Origin: Deinococcales bacterium
GTDB taxonomy: Bacteria > Deinococcota > Deinococci > Deinococcales > JAAFIG01
Length of the DNA stretch: 64,000 nucleotides
Reading direction: 5' to 3'
Assembly (NCBI GenBank): GCA_031414595.1
Contig: JANNVX010000088.1
Location: 160,001 to 224,000 of the forward strand
Both the position numbers and the translations under genes were made by a program. The notes beneath the pieces were generated by a model that saw only the letters and a list, made by a program, of their open reading frames with translations, searched no databases and was not told the origin of the DNA. This document shows, one piece after another, positions 31,686-43,602 of this stretch. Positions within the stretch are counted from its first letter, which is position 1, and every line of letters begins with the position of its first letter.

Positions 31686-31721
31686 CATGCGACGCTCATG
31701 CGACGCTAGGTTTGGTAAGTT
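31686..31721 (+). promoter_or_regulatory. Tandem 11-bp direct repeat followed by putative -10 (SARP/OmpR-type operator)
   Basis: CATGCGACGCT x2, 8 nt, TAAGTT. Confidence 0.5.
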
Positions 31722-31903
31722 GATCTCACTTCGAGAACACCATTCTACAGCACTGACCCGTGTAGCTCGGATCGAAAGTTTGGAATCAATGTTATGTGCT
31801 TGTACGACGGAGGTGAGGATTACTCAAGAAACCACAGCACCCAAGCATTCCGCTCGAGTCTCTTTTTAAGGCTGACCAGAACATGAAACACCTGGAGGTA
31901 CGC

Positions 31904-34201
31904 ATGATGGAACAACCCAAACGTTTGACCCCGTGGCTGTTGCTGCTGTTGGTGGCTTGCGGTGGCGGGGGAAACCCAGGAACAAAAGTGAACATTGGCG
32001 GTGATGTGCAGGGATTTGTGATTCCTGCCGGTAGCAAAGCCGTGGCGCTTTCACTCTCGAGTGACCCGACTTTTAGGTTGAGCGAAGCCAGTATCAGTGG
32101 CGCTTCGTTCAACCTCAACTTGCCAGATTTACCAGATGCCGATGCCTTTGGAGCAGCCTTTGAAGCGCCCACTGGCTGCACTGGCGTAAGTGTACAACCT
32201 CTTAATGCCGAGGTGGTCTGGCTGGGTTCGTCGCTCGAGGTTGCAGGGCAGTCGGCGGGTGAGTTGGTGGCAAAAAGTGGTGACAAAATTGCCCGTTGGG
32301 TGTACGCCGAAGAGCCAATTACGCTAAGTGGAACGCTGACTTGTCCTGCGGCACTAGAAACTCAAACACAGGCTCGAATTGGTAACAACACGCAATACAA
32401 CCTCAAGCTGATTCAAGGCTGGAATCTGGTCTTAAGCAACACCGACGAGACAAGCTTTATCAATGCGCCGATGAGTACGTCCGTCACTTGGGGCGTAAAA
32501 ACCTCGAATGACTTTGTGGCTGCCAAAGGTAGCGACACGGGTAGCACCGTCACGCGGTTAAAGGGGACGCTCGGCGAAGCAGGTTACGGCTTAGTCGTGA
32601 AGCTCGAAAAACCCGGAACGGGCAACTCCAATGACTTGACTGCTGCGCCATCAGCCGCATCTGGAGCCGATGGCAGCTTTGAAATCAACTTGCCTCCTAC
32701 TTTGAACCTAGCCTTGCTAGGCGCAGCTTCTGGTCTAAAAGAGGAAGGCTGCCAAGGCAATTTTACTTTGAGTAATCCAAATGCTTTGTTGGGTCAACTG
32801 GCAGTTTCGGTTTATCGGGGTAATACCGCCATTGGTAAGACTTTTCTGGTGTCGTACTCGACCACAATCGGTTGGTGGTACGCCTCGAGCGCTCTGAGCA
32901 TCAGTGGTCAAGAAAAATGTGGTAGTGGTGATGAGGCGTTTTTCACAAAGTACAATCTCAATTTGCAGACTGGTTGGAATTTGGTGCAGCGACTCGAGAA
33001 CAGCCTACTGCAAACCACCACTTGGAAAAACCTGAGCGGTATCTCGAGTGGTGAAAAATGGTTTATCCGTATTGAAGACGATGGGGTTGGCGTTGCGCCA
33101 GGTCCGTCTGGTGGGCTGGATGCTGGCAGCAGTGCCACGCGAATGCGCGGTAAACTGGGTGGCTGGACAGATACGCTGGTGGCAAACTTAAAACTTGAGT
33201 CCGACTCAGGAAAAAACTTGGCTTTAGCACCCTTAAGTGCAACGGGCGAGTTTGACTTGACCTTGCCAGCTACCATCGAGAGTACCTCCTTTGAAGCCCT
33301 CGAGTTGACCCAAGGTTGTGGTGCTGGTGTAACTTCCACCCCAATCAATCCAACGGGTATAAAGGCATCGCTCGAGCCAAACCGTGACGGCGCACCCTTG
33401 GGCATAATTGCTGTTGGTGGACGTGGTTTCACAGTCAACTGGGTGTATGCCTCAAGTGCTGTTCAAGTAACTGGACAGGAAAACTGCCCAAGTGGTGATG
33501 GGGCGGGCGAACTGCACGAGTACAACATTAACTTTGCATCAGGCTGGAATCTTTTGATCGAACAGGTCGTCATCAAGAATGGCAACGAAGTTTTCCTACA
33601 CAAAAGTGGTACGTTACCAACTGGTTCACAATGGTACTTTGAAGCCGACAAAGAACCTGGTCTACCAGATACGGGCAGCACCACAAACAGCCTGAGCGGT
33701 TCAGTTGGGGCTGGTTTTGCGAATAACAGTTTGCTCTTGAAGGTGGGCGGTCAAACGATCTTGACCACCCTACTTGGAACTAACGGCGAAGCCACCGCGA
33801 CCTTGCCTGCTACGGTTACTTTGAGCGCCCTCAAGTCGCTCAGCCCTGCTCGAGCCGACTGCACTGGAGCTTTAAGCTTCGCGTCGCCAAGCAAGTACGG
33901 TGTCCTCAGCCTCGAGATTTGGAAACTCTCAACCTTCAAAAGCCCAGTCGAAATTACCAATGAAGACTCGGATGGCTCACTCGAGAAAATTTCTTGGTGG
34001 TACTTGGAAACGGCAACCACAGTCAGTGGCACACAAGCATGTGCGGGTCTGGTCAACAACACATTCAAATACGACCTTAATTTGCAAGCGGGTTGGAATT
34101 TGGTGCTTGAGCATGTCGAAGAAGAACCAACTGGTGACCGTGACACCAAATTCAGCACCGTCAGCACTGTGCCTGAAGGCACACGTTGGGGCAGCAATTA
34201 A
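31904..34201 (+). CDS. Lipoprotein with four ~190-aa repeats
   Basis: Lipobox LVAC; four units each with F-x-[LI]-x-LP, a Cys pair, W[VW]Y and Y[ND][LI]x[LF]xxGWNL; GGAGG RBS. Confidence 0.8.
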   Translation: MMEQPKRLTPWLLLLLVACGGGGNPGTKVNIGGDVQGFVIPAGSKAVALSLSSDPTFRLSEASISGASFNLNLPDLPDADAFGAAFEAPTGCTGVSVQPLNAEVVWLGSSLEVAGQSAGELVAKSGDKIARWVYAEEPITLSGTLTCPAALETQTQARIGNNTQYNLKLIQGWNLVLSNTDETSFINAPMSTSVTWGVKTSNDFVAAKGSDTGSTVTRLKGTLGEAGYGLVVKLEKPGTGNSNDLTAAPSAASGADGSFEINLPPTLNLALLGAASGLKEEGCQGNFTLSNPNALLGQLAVSVYRGNTAIGKTFLVSYSTTIGWWYASSALSISGQEKCGSGDEAFFTKYNLNLQTGWNLVQRLENSLLQTTTWKNLSGISSGEKWFIRIEDDGVGVAPGPSGGLDAGSSATRMRGKLGGWTDTLVANLKLESDSGKNLALAPLSATGEFDLTLPATIESTSFEALELTQGCGAGVTSTPINPTGIKASLEPNRDGAPLGIIAVGGRGFTVNWVYASSAVQVTGQENCPSGDGAGELHEYNINFASGWNLLIEQVVIKNGNEVFLHKSGTLPTGSQWYFEADKEPGLPDTGSTTNSLSGSVGAGFANNSLLLKVGGQTILTTLLGTNGEATATLPATVTLSALKSLSPARADCTGALSFASPSKYGVLSLEIWKLSTFKSPVEITNEDSDGSLEKISWWYLETATTVSGTQACAGLVNNTFKYDLNLQAGWNLVLEHVEEEPTGDRDTKFSTVSTVPEGTRWGSN

Positions 34202-34223
34202 CCTTGGAGCTTTGGAGGAATTT

Positions 34224-35645
34224 ATGAACATTGATCGCCGCAATTTTCTCAAAGCCACGGGACTAGGCTTTTCTGGAGCGCTCTTAAGTGCCTGTGGCAC
34301 GACCAACACTGCGCCGTTACCCCCAGGCACGGACGGCATCCTACCGAACGGGTACCGGTTCTATGCAATCAAGCACAACACCGATATTCTGCCCGGTGGT
34401 CGCAAAGGTCTAACTTTGCGCCTCGATGCCGCAATAGACGCAAATGGTCGGGTGGTTTACGGTGCGATTGACAACCAAGACCAAATTGGATTGTACGCCT
34501 TACAATTGGATTTCAGTCAAGCCACACCTCGAGTCTCGAGCGAAGAAAGGTTGGTTCAGGTCGGTGATGTACTCGATGGGCGGCGGGTGGTTGAACTAGG
34601 AACACATGACATCAACCGTCAAGGACAACTGGCGCTGGTGGTCAAGGTCGAGACTGAAATGACCTTTAAGACATCAGACGATCAAGGCAATTTTGATGGC
34701 GGCACTGCCCCGATGAAAATGCAAGCCCTGTATCGGGATCAAGGTCAGGGCTTGACCAGAGTATTATTTGAGCATGTCTTCAACACTGAAGGTCACGAAT
34801 TTGCGGGTATGTTTGGAGACCTCAACATTCACGAAGGCGACCTGATTTTTGTCGCCAACTACTATCATAACACTGGACAAATCACCAAAGACGTGCGCCA
34901 AGGTGTGTTCTGGTTGCGCGGTCTGGACGGCAAACAAGCAAGTTTGGTCGTGACCAGTGGCACAACCTTGGCAGCCAGCACCAGCGCACCGACCATCTCA
35001 CAATTTGGTCTCATCAGCCTGCACGACTCCGGACAATTTGTGCTTCAAGCCATGCTCACTCCAGCTTCAGAATTCGCCCAACAATTTGCCCAAGGCGCAG
35101 AGCAAACGGCTGTTTTGCGTGGAAACCTCAATAGCCTTGCGCCTGCTACTCGAAAAACAGGTTCACCCAGCAACTTGCGGGTTGAAGCCAGTTCAATCTC
35201 GAGTGGTTTGCGTACAAATAGCACTCGAGCCTCGGGCTTGACCTACTTTGCGCCGCGCAGTGGACCAAACTCGAGCTTCGCCCATGTCATCAATACGGGT
35301 AGCACTCACGCGCTGGTGGTCAATAACCGCGTGGTGATGCAATCAGGTGATCGTTCGCCGACAGGCAAAACCATCAACGCCATCGCCACCCCGCAAATGG
35401 CAAGTGATGGTTTGACTTACTTTATGGTTGGCACCGACACAGGCATTGAATTGCTCGTCACTAACGGCGCACAATCACGCACCATCCTCAAAACGGGTGA
35501 TCTATTGGTCAACCACCCAAGTCCAGTCAGCGATTTTATTGGTGTTGGTTATTCTGCCATGCACAGCGACGACGAGGGGCGACTGGCGTTTGTGGTGATT
35601 CACAAAGACGACAGCCAATCCTTGGTACTCGGCTTGCCCATTTAA
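34224..35645 (+). CDS. Tat-exported lipoprotein, beta-propeller-like NxxGxxAF-type repeats
   Basis: DRRNFLK...LSAC; repeats INRQGQLAL, LHDSGQFVL, MASDGLTYF, SDDEGRLAF; GGAGG RBS. Confidence 0.75.
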   Translation: MNIDRRNFLKATGLGFSGALLSACGTTNTAPLPPGTDGILPNGYRFYAIKHNTDILPGGRKGLTLRLDAAIDANGRVVYGAIDNQDQIGLYALQLDFSQATPRVSSEERLVQVGDVLDGRRVVELGTHDINRQGQLALVVKVETEMTFKTSDDQGNFDGGTAPMKMQALYRDQGQGLTRVLFEHVFNTEGHEFAGMFGDLNIHEGDLIFVANYYHNTGQITKDVRQGVFWLRGLDGKQASLVVTSGTTLAASTSAPTISQFGLISLHDSGQFVLQAMLTPASEFAQQFAQGAEQTAVLRGNLNSLAPATRKTGSPSNLRVEASSISSGLRTNSTRASGLTYFAPRSGPNSSFAHVINTGSTHALVVNNRVVMQSGDRSPTGKTINAIATPQMASDGLTYFMVGTDTGIELLVTNGAQSRTILKTGDLLVNHPSPVSDFIGVGYSAMHSDDEGRLAFVVIHKDDSQSLVLGLPI

Positions 35646-35676
35646 GCAATGGTACTCGGCTTGCCCGTTTAAGCAA
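35623..35676 (+). repeat. 27-bp tandem duplication spanning a stop codon
   Basis: TGGTACTCGGCTTGCCC(A/G)TTTAAGCAA x2. Confidence 0.85.
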
Positions 35677-35701
35677 TTTTTGAATCAAAAGGAGTTCATT
35701 C

Positions 35702-36835
35702 ATGCCCGACCTTGCCATCACCACCCTCGAGACTTCGCCGTCTTTGGACATCTGTCAGGGCTTTGCGATCATTCCAGCACTGGGAACATTGCGTGCCAGT
35801 GTGCAAGGCTCGAATGTGCAACGCCAACTGCTGAATATCAACTACACAAGCTGGTTTATTAACGTGATTGTGGATGTGCGCTGGAGCTACTTTTTTGGGA
35901 TTTGCGGACCCGCTTGGGCGATGAACACCGAAGTCGGCGGCAACTTTGATAACCCAGACCAACCGGCTGTACAACTGAACTGGGCAGGCAAATACGGCGA
36001 TGGAACTCAGGACGGTTTCGCTGGCGGCATTCAAGTTGGTCTGGAATTTGCCGTGACTTGGAATTACGATATTTTCCCACCGCGAATCTTCCCAAGGCTT
36101 CAGGGCAATGGTGAATTTCGCATTAACATCCTGAAGACCTTTCTCGATTTTCTGATTTCTCGAGCCACCGCCGGCGGTTCTGGGGCGAAAGGCTCGGATA
36201 AACCGCGCACCTCGAGCCAAGGCACTTTGGATTTTGACATGTTCCAAACGAGGAATGGCGAATGGAAATCCAAGGGTAACATTCAAATGACACCCGGCAT
36301 TGAAGGCACATTGAATGTGATTGACCTGATTCCCTTTACCAAAGCCGCTAATGCGCTGTTGCAACGTTTTGGCGGTACGATCATTGCTGGACCAGTGGTA
36401 CAAGTTGGTTTTCCAATTACGATTGCCCCCAGCGAAATTGTCATTGGCAAGCAGTCCTATAACAACTTGCGCTTCGATGCCAACCGCACCATTGGTGACC
36501 GTAACGCTGGCGGCGACAAAGCCGACAATCCCGACACCAAATTGACCCTCAACATCAAACAGACCAGCCGCGTTGAGGTTCGGGTCGGTATCGAACTGGC
36601 AATTTCACACTCGAGATTCGGTTACTTCGGTCAAAAATGGACATGGAGCATTGTGGATTTTATTTCCGCGCTGGCAGGTGTGCCATTGGGAACCGATACA
36701 GATGCGTTTAACGCGCTCGAGAACACCATCGGTACGGTTAATAAATCTTTTGAAGCCCAGAGCGGCAGTTGTGGTTGTGGTCCCGCCACCACGCAAATTA
36801 GGCGAAAAGTCGTGTTTGGAGGCGCAACCCAATGA
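35702..36835 (+). CDS. Hypothetical beta-rich protein with C-terminal CGCG motif
   Basis: 377-aa ORF, AAGGAG RBS, coupled to next gene. Confidence 0.75.
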   Translation: MPDLAITTLETSPSLDICQGFAIIPALGTLRASVQGSNVQRQLLNINYTSWFINVIVDVRWSYFFGICGPAWAMNTEVGGNFDNPDQPAVQLNWAGKYGDGTQDGFAGGIQVGLEFAVTWNYDIFPPRIFPRLQGNGEFRINILKTFLDFLISRATAGGSGAKGSDKPRTSSQGTLDFDMFQTRNGEWKSKGNIQMTPGIEGTLNVIDLIPFTKAANALLQRFGGTIIAGPVVQVGFPITIAPSEIVIGKQSYNNLRFDANRTIGDRNAGGDKADNPDTKLTLNIKQTSRVEVRVGIELAISHSRFGYFGQKWTWSIVDFISALAGVPLGTDTDAFNALENTIGTVNKSFEAQSGSCGCGPATTQIRRKVVFGGATQ

Positions 36836-38013
36836 ATCCCGACCTTCAACGGCAACTCGAAGCATCACTCGAAGCTCAATTTGCCAGCGCTCAAGCCTTA
36901 GGTGCTGAGGTAAACGATAACGAATTGCGACTCGAGACTGCGGCTGATTTATTTGCCGCGATTGAGTCCAATGATTTGCTGACCCGTCTGAGTGTCCTCG
37001 AGGCAATCGCCAATGAACCCGAATCGGCACTGGCATTAGGGTCAGATGGAAAACGTGATTTAATCGCCGTGCTTCGTTCCGAACTCGAACAGGTCTTCAG
37101 TCCAGAGATGCGAATGTACTTGCTTTCAGCCTTGACTGCCATGCCTAGCGATCCACGGGTCACGACTGCACTCGAGCAAATCTGGTTTTTGTCCTCGGAT
37201 ACCAATGAACGGTTGTGTGTCGTCTCGAGGTTGGTGCAAGAAGCAGAACCTGCGGTGCGCCAACACCTCGAACGCAGTTTAATGTGCAGTGATTCAGAGC
37301 GTGTCCAAAGCGTGGCAAACGTCTGGCAATCTTTGAGCCAAGATTCGCCAGCCCTGCACCTGCGCTTGGCGTTGGCTGCCGAGCATTTCAAAGGAACTGT
37401 CCCAAGACTCGAACAAAATACCGAGCTTTGGTTAAGCGAATTGCGAGGGGTATTTGCTGACCGCGCTCGAGAAATGCTCGAAACAAACTCTACCCAAAGC
37501 ATTGAAGTGCTTAGTGGCGCGTGGCAAAAACTCAACCGCGAGACTCGAGCTTGGTTGCTTGACCTTGCACGACGCGTCGAATCCGAGAAACTCTCACGCT
37601 TAACCGACCTTGCCCTGCAAGACCAAAACTTGCAATTAGAAACCATTCATGCCGCCAGCGCACCTTCCATCACAAATCAGTACACCCAACAACTCGAGCA
37701 ACTGGCAAACCATAGCCCTGTCCCTGAAATACAAGCCGCCGCGATTCGGGCGGGTGCGCCAGGTAACAACCGCACTCGAGCTTTGCAAGCCAATGCCAGA
37801 ACGGTGCGAATAGCCGCCATTCGTCAACTCGGAAATACCGACCAGACCACGCTGCTCGAGTTACTACACGATACAGATTGGCGTATTCGCAGTGCTGCCG
37901 CCGACCGCCTGAGTTCATTTGGTGAAACTGGCAAACTTGCCGTTCAAGCGCTCCTAGAACACGAATGGCTCGAGGTTCGCATCGCAGCAGCTCGAGTTAT
38001 GCAAACTTACTAA
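36832..38013 (+). CDS. HEAT-repeat protein
   Basis: LLHDTDWRIRSAAADRL, LLEHEWLEVRIAAARV helical repeats. Confidence 0.8.
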   Translation: MNPDLQRQLEASLEAQFASAQALGAEVNDNELRLETAADLFAAIESNDLLTRLSVLEAIANEPESALALGSDGKRDLIAVLRSELEQVFSPEMRMYLLSALTAMPSDPRVTTALEQIWFLSSDTNERLCVVSRLVQEAEPAVRQHLERSLMCSDSERVQSVANVWQSLSQDSPALHLRLALAAEHFKGTVPRLEQNTELWLSELRGVFADRAREMLETNSTQSIEVLSGAWQKLNRETRAWLLDLARRVESEKLSRLTDLALQDQNLQLETIHAASAPSITNQYTQQLEQLANHSPVPEIQAAAIRAGAPGNNRTRALQANARTVRIAAIRQLGNTDQTTLLELLHDTDWRIRSAAADRLSSFGETGKLAVQALLEHEWLEVRIAAARVMQTY

Positions 38014-38061
38014 TCCGCTCCCATCATTGAAACCAATTCATGGCTCGAGTAGACTCAAAAA

Positions 38062-40107
38062 TCAGGTTTTATACTGATTTGCCAGTCCTTTCAATCGCTC
38101 TGCCACATCTGCAAGGTGCTGACTGGCGTTGCGGGTGTCGTTGGTACTGGCTAGGTTCTGGGTTGCGCTTTGCTGAATTTGCTGCATGGCACTGCCAATT
38201 TGCTCCATACCAATGGCGTGTTGTTGAACACTGGCAAAAATCAGTTGAGCATTGGTGGCGGCTTCTTGAATTGCGTACTCGAGGTCATGAATGGTACTCG
38301 AGACCGATTCAATGCTGTGCGTCCCCGTTTCGGCACTTTTTAGCCCCTGCTCAGTGGTCATCACGGCGGTGTTGGTGCTGCTTTGAATCTCGCCTAGAAT
38401 ACTCGAGATTTGAGTGGTGGCAGTTTTACTCTGCTCGGCTAAAATTCTAATTTCTTGGGCAACCACCGCAAAACCTTTGCCATTTTCGCCGGCTCTAGCT
38501 GCCTCGATGGCGGCATTTAAGGCAAGCATATTGGTTTGGTCAGCGAGTTTAGAAACAGTTTGAATAATTTCACCGATGGCTTGGGTTTGTTCGGATAGTT
38601 CGAGGATGTTCTGGGCAATCTGTCCGACCCGCTCTCGGATGTCATTCATGCTGACCGTGGCAATCCGAGCGGCTTGCACACCCACAGAGGCAACTTGGCT
38701 GGCGGCTTTGGCACTGCTGTTGACACTGCTGGCATTCTCGGCAATCTGGTCAGCACTGGCATGAACTTGCCTGACCGTACTGGTGGTCTGGGCGACACTG
38801 GCGTTTTGCCCCGTGGCGCTCGAGGCTTGTTGTCCAGTGGCAGCTAGAATTTCTTGGGCAGCCGAAGAAACTTGGGCTGCACTGCCCTGCAAGTTCTCAA
38901 TCAGTTCGGCTAAACGCGTGGTCATCGAAGCAAAGGCATTGCCAAATTGGTCATCAGCCGATTCTGGACTGATTCGATGACCGATGTCGCCACTGGCAAT
39001 TTTTTCGGCGGTCTCCGCCATCTTGCGTTGGTACAAAGTCATTTTTTGTAAAGCTATCGAAACCTGACCAATTTCATCTCTAGCATCATCCACAAAATTC
39101 TGCTCTAAGTTGCCTCTAGCCAATTCCTGAGCCATTTCTGCCATTTTCCTTGCCCGAAAACCAATGCTGTTGGTAATCACAAAAATCGAAATAACCAACA
39201 GTGGCACAATTAAACTCATCGAAGTAATAATAGAGGTGAGTAAACCGCTTGCTTCTTTAACAACCAAGGCTGCCTCGATTTTCTGGCTTAAATTGATGTA
39301 AACAGCCACTAAAAACGGCGGGATACTCAAACAGAGCATTAAGAAAATTGAATTAAAAATACTCGAGTCACGTATCCAACGAATAAAAGCTGGTAATTTG
39401 TCTCGAGAAGTCAGAATTTCGGTTTGACGCGGATAAAAAGCCAAAAAAGAAATTCCCAACATCCAAAAATTGTGGCGAAAATGACCCGCTAACTCGTTAT
39501 TAAAAGCCGCTACTGTGGTGACCATGAGTTGCGCCAAACTGACCACTGCAATACCTCGGGTAATACTTTGCATCACTTGCCAATTAAAATCACGGCTTTT
39601 ACTTGAAAAGGTCAGCCGTAAAAACAAAACAGTCAGAAAAATAGCCACACTCTGATAAACAATCCTGACCAAGCTCGGTTGTAGTAAAGCCGTCATTAGC
39701 CCAGAAACAGCCACGGTAATAAAAACACTCGAAAATAAGATATTAAAGCCCAATCCAGCCTTAAAAAACCCGTGACGCTCGAGTAAAAAAGGGGTTTGAA
39801 TCCCACTGAAAATTAAAAAAAACACACCCAGTAAAGAAAAAAAAGTATCAGTGTCGATGGCTTGGGAAACAGTCAAAAGCGGAATGACTTCTCCAATACC
39901 AAGAAAAACCAAACCCAAAGCCAGACCACGCAATGAGCCACGAATGGCTGGGGTTAATTGATTGGCGGCAGACAATAAAAAATAAACTCCGATAAAATCA
40001 GTTATCCCAAGAATGTAAACTCGCGCTTCGCGTGAATCAAAACCAAAGGCGACAATGGTTGCCAGCCAGATAGCGACAACAAGAAATAAATTGCTTGGCG
40101 AACTCAT
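38062..40107 (-). CDS. Methyl-accepting chemotaxis protein with multi-TM sensor and HAMP domains
   Basis: [44 protein letters not shown] signalling motif. Confidence 0.93.
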   Translation of the reverse strand: MSSPSNLFLVVAIWLATIVAFGFDSREARVYILGITDFIGVYFLLSAANQLTPAIRGSLRGLALGLVFLGIGEVIPLLTVSQAIDTDTFFSLLGVFFLIFSGIQTPFLLERHGFFKAGLGFNILFSSVFITVAVSGLMTALLQPSLVRIVYQSVAIFLTVLFLRLTFSSKSRDFNWQVMQSITRGIAVVSLAQLMVTTVAAFNNELAGHFRHNFWMLGISFLAFYPRQTEILTSRDKLPAFIRWIRDSSIFNSIFLMLCLSIPPFLVAVYINLSQKIEAALVVKEASGLLTSIITSMSLIVPLLVISIFVITNSIGFRARKMAEMAQELARGNLEQNFVDDARDEIGQVSIALQKMTLYQRKMAETAEKIASGDIGHRISPESADDQFGNAFASMTTRLAELIENLQGSAAQVSSAAQEILAATGQQASSATGQNASVAQTTSTVRQVHASADQIAENASSVNSSAKAASQVASVGVQAARIATVSMNDIRERVGQIAQNILELSEQTQAIGEIIQTVSKLADQTNMLALNAAIEAARAGENGKGFAVVAQEIRILAEQSKTATTQISSILGEIQSSTNTAVMTTEQGLKSAETGTHSIESVSSTIHDLEYAIQEAATNAQLIFASVQQHAIGMEQIGSAMQQIQQSATQNLASTNDTRNASQHLADVAERLKGLANQYKT

Positions 40108-40154
40108 GCTTGTATCATAACGTGAATTGTCGGGTCAGCGCGTGCAAACATAAC

Positions 40155-42428
40155 TTAAGGGACTTTACGGGTTCGCAAAGCCAAAGTCTCGAGAATCCAA
40201 GCCAGTAAATTTACAGCATAAATTGCGGCTAAGGCAATCAGTAAATACTGCCAATTGCTTTTTAGATCAAGTAAAGGTGGCAAATTTGACAAGCCCAAAA
40301 TACTCGAGCCTTGTAAGATGCTTTCTGCAAACGGCAACTGATACCACTGGATGACAATCAAAGCCACCAGTGCCACGCTTGGTGGTAGTAACAAAATTCC
40401 CCAGACCTCATCGGCTAAACCAGACCCCGGTATGAGAATTGCTCCCAAATGATAAAGCACTGAACGTGGCGCATTTCGTGCCGAAGCTACCCTTGGCACA
40501 AGCAACCACAAGACACTCAATAAAACAGTGATGAGAACCAATGCCCCTAAAGCCTGATGCGCCCAAAAAGGCAAACCAAAATTGAGGGCTAACCAGTAAT
40601 TCCAAGGGTCTTGGACCATCCGCCTAAATTCTTGTTCTAAAGTACCAAAACGCAGCACCACCAATTCTTCGGTACTTGGCACTTCTAGCATGGCAGTGCC
40701 TTTGCGGTAAGCAGTATGAAAAGCGGCTCGATAACCAACAATGCTCGAGCCAAGGTTTTGATTGGCGACCCTCGAGCCGAGTCCAGCCGCCCGTTGAAAT
40801 TCGCGTTCAGAACCAGCCTTATCGCCGCGAGCAGCCAAAATCACCCCAAGGTTATTGGCTGCCCCTGCGATATCTCCACTGGCACGGTAGGCTAGAATAG
40901 CCCCGTCATTATCATTGCCAAGTTGTAAACCTAAACCACGCAAATAATCAGAGGTGGGTTGTGGCACACTATTTAAGGCTTGAAAATAACTTGTTCCACC
41001 AGCGCTGCCTTGGGTTAAAAATGACCCACGAAGCCATTTATCGGTTTGGGTACTGTATTGCCAAACGCCAATGCCCACCACGCTTGCCAGTAATAAGACC
41101 AGCAAAACCAGTTTTTCGGTAAAGGTAAAATAAGCTGGCATACTGTGGCGTAACCGTGCAAAAGGCGCACGTCCAATTGCCGCAAAACGCCCACCAAACG
41201 GCGCTAAGTCCTTGGTTTGTTGCGACCAGTATTTAAGCAGCAAGACAAACTGCAACAACAAAAACGAAACCAGCGCCACCACTGTCCCCGCCAAAGCAAA
41301 CGCTGATAAACGCACCAAACCAGCATCTCCAAATCGAAAGACGCTACCCTTATCTAAATCGGTGATCAATTCACGAACTTGCCGAGCTTCACCTGCTCGG
41401 GTCTGGGCATCTAACCACGCCGCATACTCGAGAAACACTGTACCCGCCCCCGGAAAATGAGGCGTGGTGTCGCGCAAATAGGCTAACCAAGCCTCAGCAC
41501 GTTTTGGATTATTGTTCTCAAACAATCTTTTAGCTGTTTCAAGCGGATTACCCCAAGCCACCAAAACCGCCTTGGAAACCGCAAAGCCCGGGTCATAACC
41601 ACTTTCGGCGTACTGAACTCTGGCTTGAGTCAATGCCAAATCTGCCAATTCCGGTTGATTGGCTTTTTCAAACTCTTGGGCTAATCGCAAAAAAACATAA
41701 AACGGCACGCTGATTTCGAGTGCTTGCGAAAAAGCAGCCTTGGCAGCCTCAGCTTGATTGGCTTTTTGTAAAGCCATCCCCAGTTGTACTTTCAGAAGCG
41801 GATTTGTAGCATCGAGCGCCACCCGTTCACGCCAAAAAGCCACTGGGTCACCAATTACTTTTTCGCGCCAGCCACGATTAAGGGTCTCGAGGAGGGCTGG
41901 ACTTGAGGCAAACACCACTCGTTCAAGAATTTTGCCATTTTCGAGCAGAAAAATTTCCTCAACCCCTGGTGCGGTTTGTACGGCTGCTCGGTAGCCAGAC
42001 ACGGTAGGCTCTAAAGTTTTGACCTGCCCAGATAAATAAAAACGCTGGGTGATTTTGCCATTACCTGCCTCTTTTGCCACAATCGAACTGCCATCAGCTA
42101 CAAATTCTAATTGTGGTGGAGTCCGAACCAACGAAGCCGACAACTTTCCGCTTTTTGCTGAAACCGACAACCGAGAACCACCGACTTTTAACTCGAGCCG
42201 AAAACCACCCTGCGCGTTAGCCTGAACCGTGGCTGGCACTGCCTTACCATCGGGCAGCATTGGACGAGGCTCAGTAAAACTCAGTGCCACCGTAGACGTG
42301 GCTTCAAACCCTTGTCCGCTTAAGGTGGTGCGTCCATCTGGCGATGGCAACCACGGGCTGACCTCCAACGACTGCGCCAAACTCGAGCCAAGCAGTAGCC
42401 CAATACAAATAATCACAAACCGAATCAC
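40155..42428 (-). CDS. Exported/membrane TPR-containing protein
   Basis: Signal peptide (GTG 42428, SLA|QS), TPR-like helices (ANNLGVIL...), several TM segments. Confidence 0.7.
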   Translation of the reverse strand: MIRFVIICIGLLLGSSLAQSLEVSPWLPSPDGRTTLSGQGFEATSTVALSFTEPRPMLPDGKAVPATVQANAQGGFRLELKVGGSRLSVSAKSGKLSASLVRTPPQLEFVADGSSIVAKEAGNGKITQRFYLSGQVKTLEPTVSGYRAAVQTAPGVEEIFLLENGKILERVVFASSPALLETLNRGWREKVIGDPVAFWRERVALDATNPLLKVQLGMALQKANQAEAAKAAFSQALEISVPFYVFLRLAQEFEKANQPELADLALTQARVQYAESGYDPGFAVSKAVLVAWGNPLETAKRLFENNNPKRAEAWLAYLRDTTPHFPGAGTVFLEYAAWLDAQTRAGEARQVRELITDLDKGSVFRFGDAGLVRLSAFALAGTVVALVSFLLLQFVLLLKYWSQQTKDLAPFGGRFAAIGRAPFARLRHSMPAYFTFTEKLVLLVLLLASVVGIGVWQYSTQTDKWLRGSFLTQGSAGGTSYFQALNSVPQPTSDYLRGLGLQLGNDNDGAILAYRASGDIAGAANNLGVILAARGDKAGSEREFQRAAGLGSRVANQNLGSSIVGYRAAFHTAYRKGTAMLEVPSTEELVVLRFGTLEQEFRRMVQDPWNYWLALNFGLPFWAHQALGALVLITVLLSVLWLLVPRVASARNAPRSVLYHLGAILIPGSGLADEVWGILLLPPSVALVALIVIQWYQLPFAESILQGSSILGLSNLPPLLDLKSNWQYLLIALAAIYAVNLLAWILETLALRTRKVP

Positions 42429-42522
42429 AGCTTCGAGAATAGCACTTTTCCAGACTCGAATCCCACTTCGTCCCCCATTTTGTAACGCATCTGTACCGCC
42501 TCGAGATGCTACCCTGTTCTTC

Positions 42523-43554
42523 ATGGCAAAGACTGATGTTTTAATCGTTGGCGCAGGACCCGTAGGATTGTTCGCCGCTTTTTATGTTGGAATGCGCGAT
42601 TTATCAATGCGAATTGTAGACCCTCTACCCGAAGCCGGCGGGCAATTAACCGCCCTTTATCCAGAAAAATACATTTATGACGTGGCTGGATTCCCAAAAA
42701 TTCGCGCCAAGGAACTGGTCAAAAACCAAGTTGAACAACTCGCGCCATTTTACCCGATTTATAACTTAAGCGAACGCGCCGAAAAACTCGAGAAGCTATC
42801 CGACGGTAGTTTTTCGCTGGTTACCGATAAAGGTAACACCTACCAAGCGGCGGCGGTGATTATCGCTGGGGGTGTTGGCGCATTTGAACCACGCAAAGTT
42901 GTTGCGCCCGGTATTGCCGAATTTGAAGGTAAAGGCGTGCAGTACGCCGTCAAAAACCTCGAGATGTACCGAGGCAAACGAGTCCTGGTGATGGGCGGAG
43001 GGGACAGCGCCGTAGACTGGGTGTTAATGCTTAAAGATGTCGGCGCAAAAGTGACTTTAATTCACCGCCGTGATTCTTTTCGCGCCCATGCTGCCACCAC
43101 CAACCAAATGATTGCGGCACATGATGCTGGAGAAATCAATATCATGACCCCTTTTGAACTGCGCCGTCTCGAGGGCAACGAAAAACTCGAGCGAGCCGTG
43201 GTGTTTAACAACGCCACCCAAGCCGAAACGATTCTCGAGATAGACGAAGTGCTGAGTATGGTCGGGTATTTGAGTAAACTTGGACCCATCGCTGAATGGG
43301 GCTTAGAACTCGAGGGCAACCGCATTAAAGTATCCCAAGTTATGGAAACCAACATTGCTGGTGTCTATTCTTGCGGCGATATATGCGCCTATCAAGGCAA
43401 ACTCAAACTGATTGCGACGGGTTACGGCGAAGCTGCCATTGCCGCCAACCATGCGGCTGTGGTTGCCAATCCAAGCCTTAAGTTTGAACCTGGACACTCG
43501 AGTGAAGCCAAAGATGCACCCGGCACAAAGCCAGCCGTTGCTCCAGTGGTCTAA
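42523..43554 (+). CDS. Ferredoxin--NADP reductase (TrxB/YumC type)
   Basis: [43 protein letters not shown]; no CxxC. Confidence 0.92.
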   Translation: MAKTDVLIVGAGPVGLFAAFYVGMRDLSMRIVDPLPEAGGQLTALYPEKYIYDVAGFPKIRAKELVKNQVEQLAPFYPIYNLSERAEKLEKLSDGSFSLVTDKGNTYQAAAVIIAGGVGAFEPRKVVAPGIAEFEGKGVQYAVKNLEMYRGKRVLVMGGGDSAVDWVLMLKDVGAKVTLIHRRDSFRAHAATTNQMIAAHDAGEINIMTPFELRRLEGNEKLERAVVFNNATQAETILEIDEVLSMVGYLSKLGPIAEWGLELEGNRIKVSQVMETNIAGVYSCGDICAYQGKLKLIATGYGEAAIAANHAAVVANPSLKFEPGHSSEAKDAPGTKPAVAPVV

Positions 43555-43562
43555 ATAACCCA

Positions 43563-43591
43563 TTGACCAGTCTGCCTTACACTGGTACACT
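43563..43591 (+). promoter_or_regulatory. Sigma70 promoter of tRNA-Ser
   Basis: TTGACC-N17-TACACT. Confidence 0.7.
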
Positions 43592-43602
43592 TCTCGGGCT
43601 TT

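Noticed and set aside
31750-31775. TGACCCGT..AGCTC similarity to the 3535 element / c-di-AMP riboswitch fragment
   Set aside because: Match too short and the rest of the consensus is absent
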